From NCBI RefSeq assembly GCF_018977255.1, contig NW_024704742.1, forward strand, positions 27,158,001-27,222,000: a DNA stretch of 64,000 bases, written 5' to 3'. The first letter of the stretch is position 1. Every line of letters starts with the position of its first letter. Below the pieces are notes generated by a model. It made no database searches. It saw only the letters and a program-made list of their open reading frames with translations, and was not told the origin of the DNA. This DNA comes from Callorhinchus milii. Taxonomy: Eukaryota. The translations under genes were made by a program, and so were the position numbers. Positions 11,781 through 24,558 of the stretch are shown in pieces.

Positions 11781-13419
11781 TGGAGACTTCACCTTATCAA
11801 TATAGCTTTTGAGTTCTAGGTAAAGGTATCACAAGTGCTAACATTCCCTTTGAGCCCATTGAGATTCTAATTAGTTTTATTTGACAAGATTGAGGAGAAG
11901 ATATCAGCAGACCGATACGTCAGATCTATGATTTTGTTTTGAATGAATCAGTGTTTTATATGGAAGTTTCTGTGTTGGTTAATCATCACTCAATATTCTC
12001 CATACCTTATACCATTTCATTTCTCTTCAAAAGGTACTTCATTTTTAACTCAAGGTCAAGGTGAATAGACTGCAGATACCAAGGTCATATTCATTCAATG
12101 ACCCTGGATTGTTGGCTTATTTTGATGAAGCAGCAAAGGGAAAGGTGTCAATTTGTTAAACAGAAATTCTCTAGTTGTTGTTCATTTTAGGCAAATGGAG
12201 GACTCTCTGGCAAGCAGGTCTGAGGATGATTTAAGCAGGTCTAAATTGGAAAAGGTCTCTTGATCATCCTCGGAGCATTTGTGTTCAAAGATATGATGTT
12301 TCTTATGAATTATTTTTAAAAAACTGCTTATTATCATGCAAAGGAAATCTACACCAAATCCTCATGAATAGGCAGCATTGAAGATTCCTCTTCAAAGCAG
12401 CTATCCTTGGCCTAGAGCATTTTGTTTATATTCTGCCTGAGATAAGAGAGTTAAACTGGCTTTTTAACAAGAATTGAATTAAGTCCACCAGGGGAACATG
12501 ACAAAAGTGCTGTATCTCCAGATGTCTGAGATCTTTTTCAATGATTCTGGCCTCCTACTCCCTCACTTTTTTCTAATAAATACTAATAATCCTTGCCTGT
12601 GATATAGCACCTTATCTTGCCATTGAGATGTCTCAAAGTGCCTCACAGGATATGCTATAAAGTATAGTGACTGTATATTTTGTGGGATAAACACAAAAGT
12701 AAGCACATGAAATGATATGTCGTCTAGGAATACTTTTATGGTATCACACAGACCGAGTGCTGATATTCCTATCTTTAGCATTGCAAGTATATTGTTATAT
12801 CTGGAATGTAAACAGGGAAGCAAAAGTCACCCAAAAGGCCTTGTTTAAACCTTCAGACTTGGGAAGTGATTAACCAAGGACACTGAGGTTTTCGGAAGTA
12901 TTAATAGTATAAGCCAAACCACAACCACTTTGCCCTATGGATTGCAATCATGGTGTAAATCCATCTGCTTTTCATGACACCACCTGCTCTTTGAACTGAG
13001 TTATTTATGCGTTAACCTTGCCAATAGCGCCTCCACAACTTGACAGCTTCCAATAGGATGAGATGCATTCCCTGCCAGAAAGCAGCATCTCCCATTAATG
13101 CAATTCATGTGATTAGATTTTGACTGAATGATGCATAATTTATGCCAATTTCCAACTTCCTGTGCTCCTTCCCTCCTATGTCACACCGTTAAGTTAAAGA
13201 TATTAATCAAACTGCAATAAGAACCTGAATGAACCTCTGTGAAACCATCTGCAGCTAACATATTGAGCTTATGCCAGACCCAGTCTCCATGGAGTGACTT
13301 ACTCATGAAAAACTGAATAGAGTGGAGGGAAAGATGCTCAACTCCATCTGGACCAAAGGTACGCTTCCATTTAATAATGTAATAAAATGAGCAACAGAGA
13401 ACCATATAGAAATATTACA

Positions 13420-14340
13420 ATTGAAAAAAATTTGCATTTGATATACTTCAGGTATTATGCCTGAATCGCTGGAACCCTTCCCTCAATTCCTTGATCTTGC
13501 TCCCTCTTTGCCTGTTTTCAAATCAAATCCTTTCTTCTTCGACCGTGCCTTTGATCACCTCCCTTCTCTTTCCAGCTTGGCATTAAACCACACTTTTATT
13601 AAGTGCTCCGAGACAATGCCCACATGAAGGATGCTAAATAAATGCAAGTCATTGTTGTTAATAATAATTGCATATGATATAGCGCCCTATCAAGTCTTCG
13701 AGACGTCTTGAAGCACTTCACACAATATACTGTAAAGTGAACATAAGAATTAGGAGCAGGAGTAGGCCATTCGGCCCCTCGAGCCTGCCCCGCCATTCGA
13801 TAAGATCATGGCTGATCTTCAGACCTAACCCTAATTACCTGCCCTATCCCTATATCCCCTAATCCCTCTGTTTTTTAAAAATCTTTTTTTGATTCAATTG
13901 ATTGTATATTTTGCGGGCAAAACGCAGCAGTCAATTGCGCACAGCAGTGTCCCACAAACAGTCGTGGATTGAGTGACTTTTTTTTAAAGGGATTATTATC
14001 CCCAGATGTTGCATTTCATGTTGGAAAGACAGTAGGAGTTACTGTAAAGTGCTGTGACTGTCCGTTTTGTAGGGAAATACCGGTAGCCAATGACCCATAG
14101 GCAACCATGAAGTCAATAAGCAATTCTTTAATTTGGTGGCCAGGACACCAGGAAACTCCCTTATCTTTTTGAATAGTGCCATGGGATCTTTAACATCCAG
14201 GCACATGGGTCCTTGGTTTGACATCTTATCCAAAAAATGGCACATTCCAACATCACAATCTACCCCAGCAATGAGGTCAAAGTCCTCTGCTTCTGACCCA
14301 AAGGCAAGAGTGCTACCAACTAAGCCAGGCTGACACCTCC
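13420..14340. mobile_element. Nested cluster: L2 3' end (+), SINE (-) interrupted by a CR1 3' end (~13740-13885, -), older SINE (-)
   Basis: Recognisable termini, including the CR1 end acataagaattaggagcaggagtaggccattcggccc. The SINE halves rejoin around it. Confidence 0.7.
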
Positions 14341-15184
14341 ATCCCTTAAATAAATCATTGCCCTTCACTGCTATAAAATCACTTGCTACTTTTTCAATCC
14401 CATTTAAAAGAATTTAAGAATTTTCTAAAATTCTCACCATCTTAAACTTGATTACTGCTAAGACCATGAGAATGCTTGGGCCTCGGGGTGTGAGGAATTT
14501 CATAGATCCATTATCTTTAGAAAACTTTTGCTACCTTTGGAACCTACCTGCAATTCAAGAGAGGGTCCCAGTTTATTTGTCAGTGTTTTGGTTATACTGA
14601 GGATGCTGAGAAGCCCGGTTCTCTTTGGGAACAGTGCCATAGAATCTTTTGCATCCACCTGAACAGGAAGATGGGACCTTGGTTTAATGTCTCATCTGAT
14701 GGACAGCACCTCCAGGGCTCCCCATGCTCTGTACTGGAGTGTGAGCCTAGCCTGTGGGTTCAATGTTCCGACTTGGGGCTTGAACCTACAACCTTCTGAC
14801 TCAGAGGCGTGAGTGTTACCAACTGAGCATCATATACTACTCTACCAAGTGTGTATTAAATAACTATTCAAAGGTGTAAGATTACGCAGACTTTAACATA
14901 TGTGTCAGCAGCACGGAACTGAATCAACTTTAATGCTTTTGATTACTTATGTTTTCCGGCTACAGGCAGTTTAATTGTCTCTTGATTTAGAAAATGTAGG
15001 AAATCAATGTTTTAAAGGAGAGCAGAAATTATGTCCTGGGGATTGGAACGTACTGATTTGTAGCCCAGCATTTTTTTTGCTTTATTAATTATTGCCTCAT
15101 ACTGTTTAGAAGTAATCTCAGAATCAGAGTGATAGCAACGCTCCAGGATATGCAATAGCTACAATGTTCTATTCATACATTTAG

Positions 15185-15650
15185 GCATGGGAGAACGTCT
15201 CAAAGCACTTCACACAGGGAGCTCGAATTGGGGGAAGAGGGAGGGGATGCTAAGGGACTTGGTTAAAAAGGTGTTGTTGAAATGTTAGGGTTTAAGGTGG
15301 ATTTTAAATACAGGAAGGGAGGAGGGGCAAAGACTCCAGGAAGGAGTGGTAGGGTTGTAGAGGTAAGGTAGTATGAAGCCATTGAGGGAGTTGACGTAAG
15401 GAGAAGATCTTGAATTTGATGCATTGGGAATATAATATATAATAATAATCCTTGCATTTGATATAACACCTTATCACGTCTTCGAGACATTCCAAAGCGC
15501 TTCACAGAATCTACTGTAAAGTGAAATGACTATATTTTGTGGGCAAATGGGGAGGTAGGGGTTAATTAGCGTGGTGCAGCAGAGGACATGGGCTGCAGAG
15601 TTATGCAGCTTGTGTAGGGAGGAGCTGAGGAGACTGGGAAGCAGGACAAT
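15185..15650 (-). mobile_element. L2 3' fragment with a SINE tail inserted (~15435-15545)
   Basis: L2 C-terminal motif (KLHNSAAHVL) on either side of a SINE tail. Confidence 0.7.
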
Positions 15651-16559
15651 GGAAATAAATATGGAGGATGTGAATTGAATTTGACTACCTTCTCCCAAGA
15701 CCCATTCAAGGCTTTTAGAACGTATGCTTTGTAGTCTGCTCTTTAATAAGTTTAAAGGGCAAACACATGATTTGGCTCTCAGCGCATGTGGAGAGGTGTG
15801 CATGAACTGTATGTCAAAACCTGCTTTTTGGCCCGAAATGAAAGCAATGTGGGATAGTCAGTATTTCTGTTCCACATCAGTATCCTGCCAGGAGTGATTC
15901 TTTTTGATCTCAGCAGTATAAGCAGCACAGCATTAGAGAGATGAAGCAGATGGTGGAAGATTGTCCAAGGCATGGGACAGTTAAGAGGAGAATCTCATAT
16001 TTGCAGAGCAGGAGAACTCTAAGTAAGGGTAAAAAGTCATAACAGAGGTTAATATTTGTAATCTTGCCAGTGCCTTTGCTTCTCTTGTACGTGCATATGC
16101 AGTATTTTGGACTGAGGAAGAGTGAGAGAGTAAGCAAAGCGGAAGAAAGATATAAAGGAAGGTACCTCAGTCTGGACTGATTAAGGTAATCTGTTCTGCT
16201 TGTTGCTTTGGAACCATTAGCGTCACCACTCACACTCACTGTGTCCTTAGGGAAGCTTATATTTCTGGTTGAGCAATGAAATAAGCACGAGTTTTTCCCT
16301 ATAACATGACCTTATGGACCACCACTTACTTTTGAACTTACTGGAGAATAACAAAATTTAACTTACCAAACCAAGCATTTCAGAAAATCAATTCTCTAAT
16401 TGAGAATGACAGTCTGAGTCCTGCACTGCCATTAGCAAACTGGAACTTTTACTTTTTTGAACGATAAACCTTACTCTAGAATGTGATTATATGTTGAGAC
16501 AGAGGCAGTAGATACAGGTAATAGAGAGACAAGATAGGGGGAATAAAGAGTTGATCAAG

Positions 16560-17410
16560 GGCAGACTGGCATCCCAAGAGGACTTGGGATTTTCAGGTAA
16601 AATGGGGACCTCAAGTTGCGTGGGCGGTGGGGGGCACCTATTTGGTGTTTAAAAACACCAAATCCAGACAGTGATTGGGTATCATAGCCGTCATTCATCA
16701 AGGGAGGTGGGTTCAGGGCAATGACTGGCTGGTCTGAGCTGTCTCTTAAGCAGGATGTTTGGCCCTGGCGTGGTATTGGGAGCAAATCATGGGGCCACTC
16801 TGATTTCTGATTTCCCATGTAGCCAGTCTGCCCCTGGGGCAGATAGATTTGTTTTGGTCAGCCTGGTGCCTGACACAGGCGGAAACCCATTCACCGTGCT
16901 TAAGAGTATCCAAACCAAGTTGAGTATTCCAAGCATCCCACCTACACATGGAAATCACAGAGATAGACTGTTTGAATGGAATGCGCATTCTCTCCCTGGA
17001 GGGACACATCTTGCTTAACTCATTCTGGAAAGTATTAGGTGCAAGTTGGCAATAGCCAAGGCTTGGGGACTGCAGAGTGTGCGTTTGAATACTGCTGGAG
17101 TCTAACCAGCTGAAACCGCATAGCTTGCTATTGATATTGCTGCCTCGCAAGCTTCCCCATTGCTTGCCCAGATAGGACCACCCTAGCTGTTAGGGCTTTG
17201 GCTTGCAGGGTTAACAGGAGCTGAGTGGGATGGCTCCCTGCCCCCAGTAACTGGTCTGCCCGTCCAGGTCCTGAAGTGCCCTGGAATACTGCAGACCCGC
17301 CTGGCTCAGGAACCGGAGTTCCAAGACCGCCACAGAGGGATGGTTCGATTCTGACATCCCATTGCCAGGCATGTCACGTTGGAGCCAGTTCATCTCCAAG
17401 GAGACCCCGG
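16560..17410. repeat. Unclassified interspersed repeat, copy 1
   Basis: Aligns by eye with ~31515-31965 (same strand), ~28810-28975 (opposite strand) and ~43470-43535. Confidence 0.7.
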
Positions 17411-17994
17411 GTAGATAGAGGGAATGGAGAGAATAATGAGAGTTGATGGAGGGAATACAGAGAGCAGATCGAGAGAATAGTGAGGGTATTCTAAAAGGAT
17501 GAGATCAAATGTGTTGACAGACTTTATTCATCCAAAACAATGTTGTGATCTTGTAAGTAATTCTTAGTAACTTTTGTTGAGTATTTTTACTCACCATAAA
17601 TGGACAGGCTCTTCAGAATCTACGTGTTAGAATTGTGCAGTAACAATGCACTTACTGCTGCACAACTGTCCATGTGTTTCATGTTTTAAGGTCAGGGTTC
17701 GGCATTACTGTTTGAAGGTCTGAGTGTTGACTAACTTTTTAAATGCTGCACTATTTAGTTTCTGCACTAGGTGCCCTCATTGAGCTGTGCAATTAGGAGC
17801 CCTTTCTCTGGTGACAAAATGGTCTTTCAATATTTCAATTTACAGTATAGGTCCCTTAGTTTTATGTAGTCATTTTCTGTAAAGCTTTATCTTTCTCCTC
17901 CACATATATAAAGCAACCTAAATCACAACTTGTGGAGGTTATTGCACAACAAATACTTTTATAACCCTCGACTGATTCATCTTTCCTTTCCTAT

Positions 17995-19210
17995 TGTGTC
18001 AGTGAGGCTCAATGGTAGCACTCTTGCCTCTGAGTCAAAAGGTTATGGGTTCAACAACAATACAATAATAATAATCCTTGCATTTGATATAGTGCTTTTT
18101 CATGTCTTTTCGACGTCTCAAAGCGCTTCACAGAATAGACTGTAAAGTGAATTGACTGTATATTTGTGGGCAAAACACGACAGCCAATTGCGCACAGCAG
18201 TGTCCCACAAACAGTCGTGGATTGAAAATTACAACAAAATTACATTTGTATAGTGCCTTTCACGTCAGAAAGAAATCCCAAGACACTGGACAATCAGTGT
18301 TTTGGACAGGAGCTTGGGATCGGGAAAAGTGGAGAGCAGGGGGCAAGGAGGGTGATCAAAGGCACAGTCGAAGAGGAGGGTTTTGAGACGGGTCTTGAAA
18401 GAGGCAAGGGAAGGCGTGAGGCGGAGAGACTGCGGGATGGCGTTCCAGAGGGTGGGGTCAGAGTGGCAGAAGGCCCGCCCACCAATGGTGGGGCGGGCAA
18501 AGCAGGGGCCGCGAAGCAGACCAAAGCCTGCTGAGCGGAGGGAGCGAGCAAGTTGGTAGGGGGTTAGAAAGTCACAGAGGTAGGGGGGAGCAAGACCGTG
18601 GAGGACTTTAAAGGTGAGGATCAGGAAGTTGAACTGTATCCTCTGTGTGATGGGAAGCCAGTGGAGTCGGGTGAGGATGGGGATGATAGAGTCGTGGAGC
18701 CTGGTGCGGGAGAGGACTCGGGCTGCAGAGTTCTGGATAATCTACAGCCTACGGAGGAAGGAGTTGGGGAGGCCGATAAGCAGAGAGTTTTTATAGTCAA
18801 GCCTGGATATTATGAATGTGTGTATGAGGGTCTCGGCAGCCTGCTGCGTGAGACTTTGGTGGAGCCGGCAATGTTGTGGAGATGGGGAAAGGCAGAGCGG
18901 GTCACGGCACAGATGTGGGGTAGAAAGGATAGTTGAGGGTCAAACAAGACGTGGGGTTCAAGCCCCATGTCGGGACTTGAGCTCACATAGTCTAAGATAA
19001 CACTCCAATACAGGCGTGTTGCATTATCAGAGGTGCCGTCCTTCAGATAAGATGTTACAACGGAGGCTGTTTGTAGGAGATTGCTGTACAGAATTGGCAG
19101 CTGCGTTCACCCACAAATATACGGTCAGTACACTTGAAAGTATATCCTGTGAAGCTCTTTGGGATGTCCTCTTGATGTGTAAGTTGCTATACCAAATGCA
19201 AGTATTATTA
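17995..19210. mobile_element. Three-layer nest: older SINE (+) split by an L2 3' fragment (-), whose tail holds a young SINE 3' half (-)
   Basis: GGGTTCAA is duplicated at 18047-18054 and 18954-18961, flanking the insert. The SINE head and body rejoin across it. Confidence 0.8.
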
Positions 19211-20312
19211 TCCAATACAATACGTCACCCAAGGGTGGTCCTGGCTGATTGCTTTCCCTCCCTCTGAGCATCACCCCTTGAATACTTCCTAAAACATAAT
19301 TAATTAAAACATTGTCACACAGCAGAGATATCTGGGGAATTCAAATTCCTTTCCATAGGGTTACAGAGTGGCAGTGAGCGTGATAGAGACTATGCCAGAA
19401 CACAAGGAGGAGGGCACTGTTACACTGTCAAGGTTGTTCACTGATATGAGGGCAAAAACCTGGTAGATATGGTCAATATTTATTACACTTTTGAGGTAAA
19501 TCCAAAGCAAGTAGAGGAAAACTGTTTAGCTTTTAGTTAGTTTAGTGGACAGTTCTGTTGTTTGTCACGGGTGGCCAGATCTCTTGTGCGATGTCAATGT
19601 CTATCAGTCATTTATTAATACCTATTGATGTCTCTGACAGAGGGCTACTGAAGCAAATGAATAGGCACAAGTGAAAATGGATTTGGGGCACATGAGTGCT
19701 TTTCAGGCAATTCTTTTTGCAATGTTAGCCCAAGGGTATAATTGTAATTCTTCCTATTAGCTGTCGACTTGCTGGACTGTACAATGTAGCCAGCAGAGCT
19801 TGGGGGAATCTGGGGTTAGCGGAACAAAGATATAAGTGGCACAAATTCTGACTTTGAGAATCAGAGACCCGAGGTTTCTCAGCCTTGAGATGATTGTTTA
19901 TAAATTTAAGATCATTCAGAATTCTGGAAAATTCAAAGCCAGGTTTCCAAAGTTGTTAAAAAAAAAGAACTTTGGGGAAACTGGCTTCAGAATTGAGATG
20001 GAATTGAAGAATTTACTCAATTCCACACATTCTTAAATTTGAAGACAAATATGGTCTTAAGCTAAGCCCATGAGGATGTGGGGGTCATGGGTTGCAGTTA
20101 GTGGGGCAAAAATTCCATTCAGCGTTACATGCATCACCTTTGTGATAACGACCTTTAATGGGATTTCCATTGTAGTTGCGCATCGTCAAAGGGGTTACAT
20201 GTAAATGCAGAACCCAATCTTTACCACGCTCACCAAAAGAATATTTGGTTCTTGCGGGAGCAGGATATTTTTTGTAGTTTTTTGTAGTTTTGAGAAAGTG
20301 GTTTCTCTGGCC

Positions 20313-20678
20313 AATAATAATAATAATTCTTGCATTTGATGTAGCGCTTTATCACGTCTTCTAGACGTCTCAAAGCGCTTCAAGAATATATTGTAAAGTG
20401 AATTGACTGTATATTTTGTGGGCGAATCGCGGCAGCCAATTGCGCACACAGTGTCCCACAAACAGTCTCGGATTGAGTGACTACTTTTTTTTAAGGGATT
20501 ATTATCCCCGGAAAAGCGATCTGCCAATCGACTAACAATCGGGTTCCTACTTACAGCTGGGTAAACAGAGGCGTGTGGAGTAAGGAAACTTGCCCAACAT
20601 TTCGCCCGGCCCGGGAATCGAACCCAGGTCCTTTCGCTTGTGAGGCGAGTGCTCTAACCATTGAGCTACAGGACTCCA
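20313..20678 (-). mobile_element. Full-length DeuSINE, long subfamily (little diverged)
   Basis: Intact A box TAGCTCAATGG and B box GGTTCGATTCC, Deu core and tail. Confidence 0.92.
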
Positions 20679-20753
20679 GGGATCTGAGACCACAATGTAT
20701 GTTACAAATTGACAACCTTTGCCATCTTGATTTTGTTTATACTGCACAAGAAC

Positions 20754-20772
20754 CACTGCCACCTTGAGGCAC
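20754..20772 (-). promoter_or_regulatory. Candidate CTCF site
   Basis: Minus strand reads GTGCCTCAAGGTGGCAGTG, close to CCASYAGRKGGCRS. Confidence 0.35.
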
Positions 20773-21229
20773 TCACTGGACTGAGTATAAATCCTGTTCA
20801 AGTACTGACTGCTGGAGTCAGGTGATTCAAGTCCAGTGACAGCAGTATTTTTTGAGTGGATAAATACTTTAACTATCTTTCAGCAGTCAGATCGATGGTG
20901 AATATTATGCAGCACCTGACAACACTTTTGCTTGCTGGAGAAAAATTAAATCTATTAACTCCGCTGTGTTAGAATCTTCCAATTAAAGTACTTCAAAATC
21001 TCAAAATAGCACTCAATTCCCAACAGATAATCTAATGGCTTTTTATGATTCTGACACAAAATTGTGTGACAGCTGTGGGATTTTTGAGTCAGTCCGACTT
21101 ATATTCATTCACTAATTGTGAAAGTGTGACATCTTCACTCCTTTCCTCACTTTTTCCTTACTTAAATCATTCAATATGATTTGATGAACAACATCCTTCA
21201 TGGTTTTGGGTTGGGGATAATCAATGTTA

Positions 21230-21735
21230 TATAGATTTACATATAGCATGGAAACAGGCCATTTGGCCCAACCAGTCCATGGCAGTGTTTATATTCCACA
21301 TGATTCTTCACCCACTCTTTATTCCCTCCAATATCCTTCTATTCCCTTCTTCTTCATGTGTGTATCTAGCTTCCTCTTAAATGCATCTATATCATCTGCT
21401 GCAACCACGGCTTTGGGCAGGGAGTCCCACAATCTCACTATCTTCTGCATGAATAAATTCCTCCTAAATTCCCTTTCAGATCCTCTAGACACTATGTAAT
21501 ACTTGTGTTCCCTGTTTATGGATTGCCCAACAAATGGGAACAACTTATTGTTTATGCTAACCTTATCAAAGCCTTTTACAATTTTGAACACTTTTAGTAG
21601 GTCGAAAAAAGGCCTAACCTATCCAGACTATCCTGATAGTAGTAACCTGCCAGCCTTGGTATCATCCTAGTAAGGCATTATCCTAGTAAACATATACAGT
21701 ACTCTTTCCATCACTGCTATATCCTTCTTATCAAG
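21230..21735 (-). mobile_element. CR1 LINE 3' fragment
   Basis: Translation FRRNLFMQKIVRLWDSLP...AFKRKLD is the CR1 ORF2 C-terminus, followed by a CR1 3'UTR. Confidence 0.85.
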
Positions 21736-22410
21736 AGATAACTAAATGTTATCTCTTTCCATTTGCCTCGTCCTCCCACCGCCTTAGCACATCTCCTACT
21801 TCTAAACTGCCCCTCCCCCAACGCCGTCCCTCCTTACCATTTTGTATAATAGTGCTCTTAAGTTTGCCTTACATCACACCAAGTGCTGCAATCTTTCCCT
21901 GGCTGAGATAGAATGGAAGCAGAGTTGCTGATTTGAATTATAGTATCCACTACTGTTGCCCTGGCTATAGTGCAGTCCAGGATCCTTTAATGCTACAGCA
22001 GAGTTTAGATCAGAGTTTACTATAAGTTACTAAAATCAAAGTTAATCGAATTCTGCTCTTAAGTCAGTGACTTCATATTTGGTGTGTGTGTGATGATCTC
22101 CCCCACCTACAGCGAGTCTGTTCTTTTTTGAATGAAACCCCTCCCTTTGAAAGAAGACCTCACCACTTACTGAGCCCTCATCTATTCTTCTCATTGCAAT
22201 GTCAATGCTATTTAAATAAATCACCAGCTTAGGATCTGGAGAACAGATGTTGTTTAACTGAGCCGACAGGAAGAAAACAAATGAGCAGAACTGAGGTTTG
22301 GTGGATAGGTAGTTTGATTGCAGTACTAGTTTATAAAAGTAACCCAAGAATGAGGAGAGACCTACACACACTCAGATTATCATTGTATATGTTGAATCAC
22401 TGCAAATGTA

Positions 22411-22440
22411 ATCATTCATTCATTCATTCATTCATTCATT
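22411..22440 (+). repeat. (CATT)n microsatellite
   Basis: Direct observation. Confidence 0.9.
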
Positions 22441-22549
22441 TTCTCCTATCTTTCATCCTGGTCTTTTTAAGCTACTTATGTGCAGAATGACTGAACCACT
22501 CCAGAGTCCCATTTTCAATCCTGAAAAGAATTGCAACCTATAGGCAATA

Positions 22550-23320
22550 TCTGGATCAGCCTCGCTCAGTTGATAGTACTCTGATTGGGAAGGTTGTGGG
22601 TTAAAGACCCAGGTCAGGACGTGGAATCCATATAGTCTAGGGTTAGGCTGACCTGTTCTCACCTGCATCAGTTTCTGTGACCCCATCACCCCCATCCTCA
22701 CCCAGCTCCACTGGCTCCCCATCCCTCAGAGATTGAGTTCAAAATCATCATCCTCGCCTTCAAAGCCATCCATGGGCTTGCTCCTTCCTACCTCTGTGAT
22801 CTGCTAACGTCTGTCCAATCTCGGCCTGCTCCACGTCCCCCACCCTCGGTGGTCGGGACTTCAGCCTCCCACCCTTTGGAACTCCATCCTACAGTCCCTT
22901 TGTCTTGCTTCAAGGCACATCTAAAGACCCTCCTCTTCGATCGCGACTTTGGTCTCTGCCCTCCACTCCTCCTAATCCCAACACCCTGCTTGGATCCAAA
23001 TCCCTGACTGTCCCAACGTGAAAGGCACTATGCAAATGTAATTTGTTGTTTTTTGCCTGTTCAGGTGAAGACTAGAGATCTCATGGCACTGATTGAAAAG
23101 AGAAGGGAGTTTCACCTGATGTCCTGGTCAACAATCCCTCAAATAAAATTGCTCATTCTCTTAATGGCAGTTTATGGGACACTGCTGTGTGCAAGTTAGA
23201 CTTTGTGTTCACCCATAAAACTCACAGTCACTGCACCTAATAGTGCATCCTGTGAAGCACTTTGAGACATCCTTCTAAAGTGAAAGGCAGGCACCATACC
23301 AGATTTAAGGATTGTGTTTA
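22550..23320 (+). mobile_element. Older DeuSINE interrupted by an L2 3' fragment (~22650-23052)
   Basis: SINE head and body flank L2 sequence encoding PITPILTQLHWLP and ending in a ttgttg tail. Confidence 0.75.
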
Positions 23321-24232
23321 TTATAGGTTGATTTCACAAACTGATGTGATAACCATTTCTGCTCTGCTTTGTAGAATTCTATCCAGGAGTCTCTCTGCCT
23401 TGATCCCTCAGGCTTCAAAGCCTGATTTAAGATATTTATTTTCGAGTGAGCTTTTGGTTGTCTTTCCTCCACAGCTTCCCTTACCTCCAGCTCGGGCGCC
23501 CAGCCAAAGAGCCAGTGGAAAGCGCTTTGAAACGTCCCACTAACGTGACAGGCACTGTATCAGTATAAATTGATGGTGTTGATAATCACTGGTTGATCCC
23601 CTTTGCAACGTTTTTCTTTGAGATATCTCAGTAAGGAAATAGAATATGTATTTTTTTGTTTAAGAAAGCTCAAAGCAATTGAGATATGTGGGAGTACAGG
23701 TTTAACATTCAGATATGCAACTCATTACAGCAAGTATATCATGCTTAATAACTGAATGTGCTTGAGCTATTCAGACTGCTATGTTGAAAGCAGATAAGAG
23801 ATTAATAGCACTGGGACCAACTGTTTGGGTTTTACTAATTTCCATCTGATTAACCCCTCTGTTATGGATGTTATGCTGACACCTAACAATTATGAGTGAA
23901 ACGATTTAGAAAAATTTCAGAACTGCAGATAACAAGTTGCAAAAGGTAAAGTTATTAACTATGTAATTTTCTTGTCTTCCCATAATTCACATTTATCCTA
24001 AAAGGATCCATTTATCACTGGCCCTTTAAGACTGTCTGCAAAACCCGAGGGTAGTTTTTTAGTCTACATTTGTGTAATTGCTTACATTTTTTGGTTGCGT
24101 TTAAAGGTGAGGGATGTTATGTGGTGAAAAGGAACATGCATCTATTTTGAGCACTCCAGCATCAAGCTCTCTCAAGTCAGGTATGACATGTGTTAGACTT
24201 ATGGTGAAGCCTCATTGTTAGGTATGCTGTCT

Positions 24233-24558
24233 TAATAATAATAATAATAATAATCCTTGCATTTGATATAGCGCTTTTCACGTCAGGAGGACGTCCCAAA
24301 GCGCTTCACAGAACATACTGTAAGTGAATTGACTGTATATTTGTGGGCGAACGCGGCAGCCAATTGCGCACAGCAATGTCCCACAAACAGTCGTAGATTG
24401 AAAATGACCAATTTATTATTGTTTTTGTTTTTTGGAGGGATTATTATTAGGCTCTGTGTGGAGTAAGGAAACTTGCCCAAGGTTTCGCCCTCTGCCTGGA
24501 ATTGAACTCCGGTCTCTCACTTGCAAAGCGAGTGCTCTAACCACTGAGCTACAGGACT
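24233..24558 (-). mobile_element. Full-length DeuSINE, short young subfamily
   Basis: Nearly identical to 63113-63449. Lacks the central segment of the long subfamily. Confidence 0.93.

Noticed and set aside
15914..16022. Possible plus-strand exon QYKQHSIREMKQMVEDCPRHGTVKRRISYLQSRRTL
   Set aside because: Modest donor, no recognisable homology, and no convincing chain with other candidate exons.
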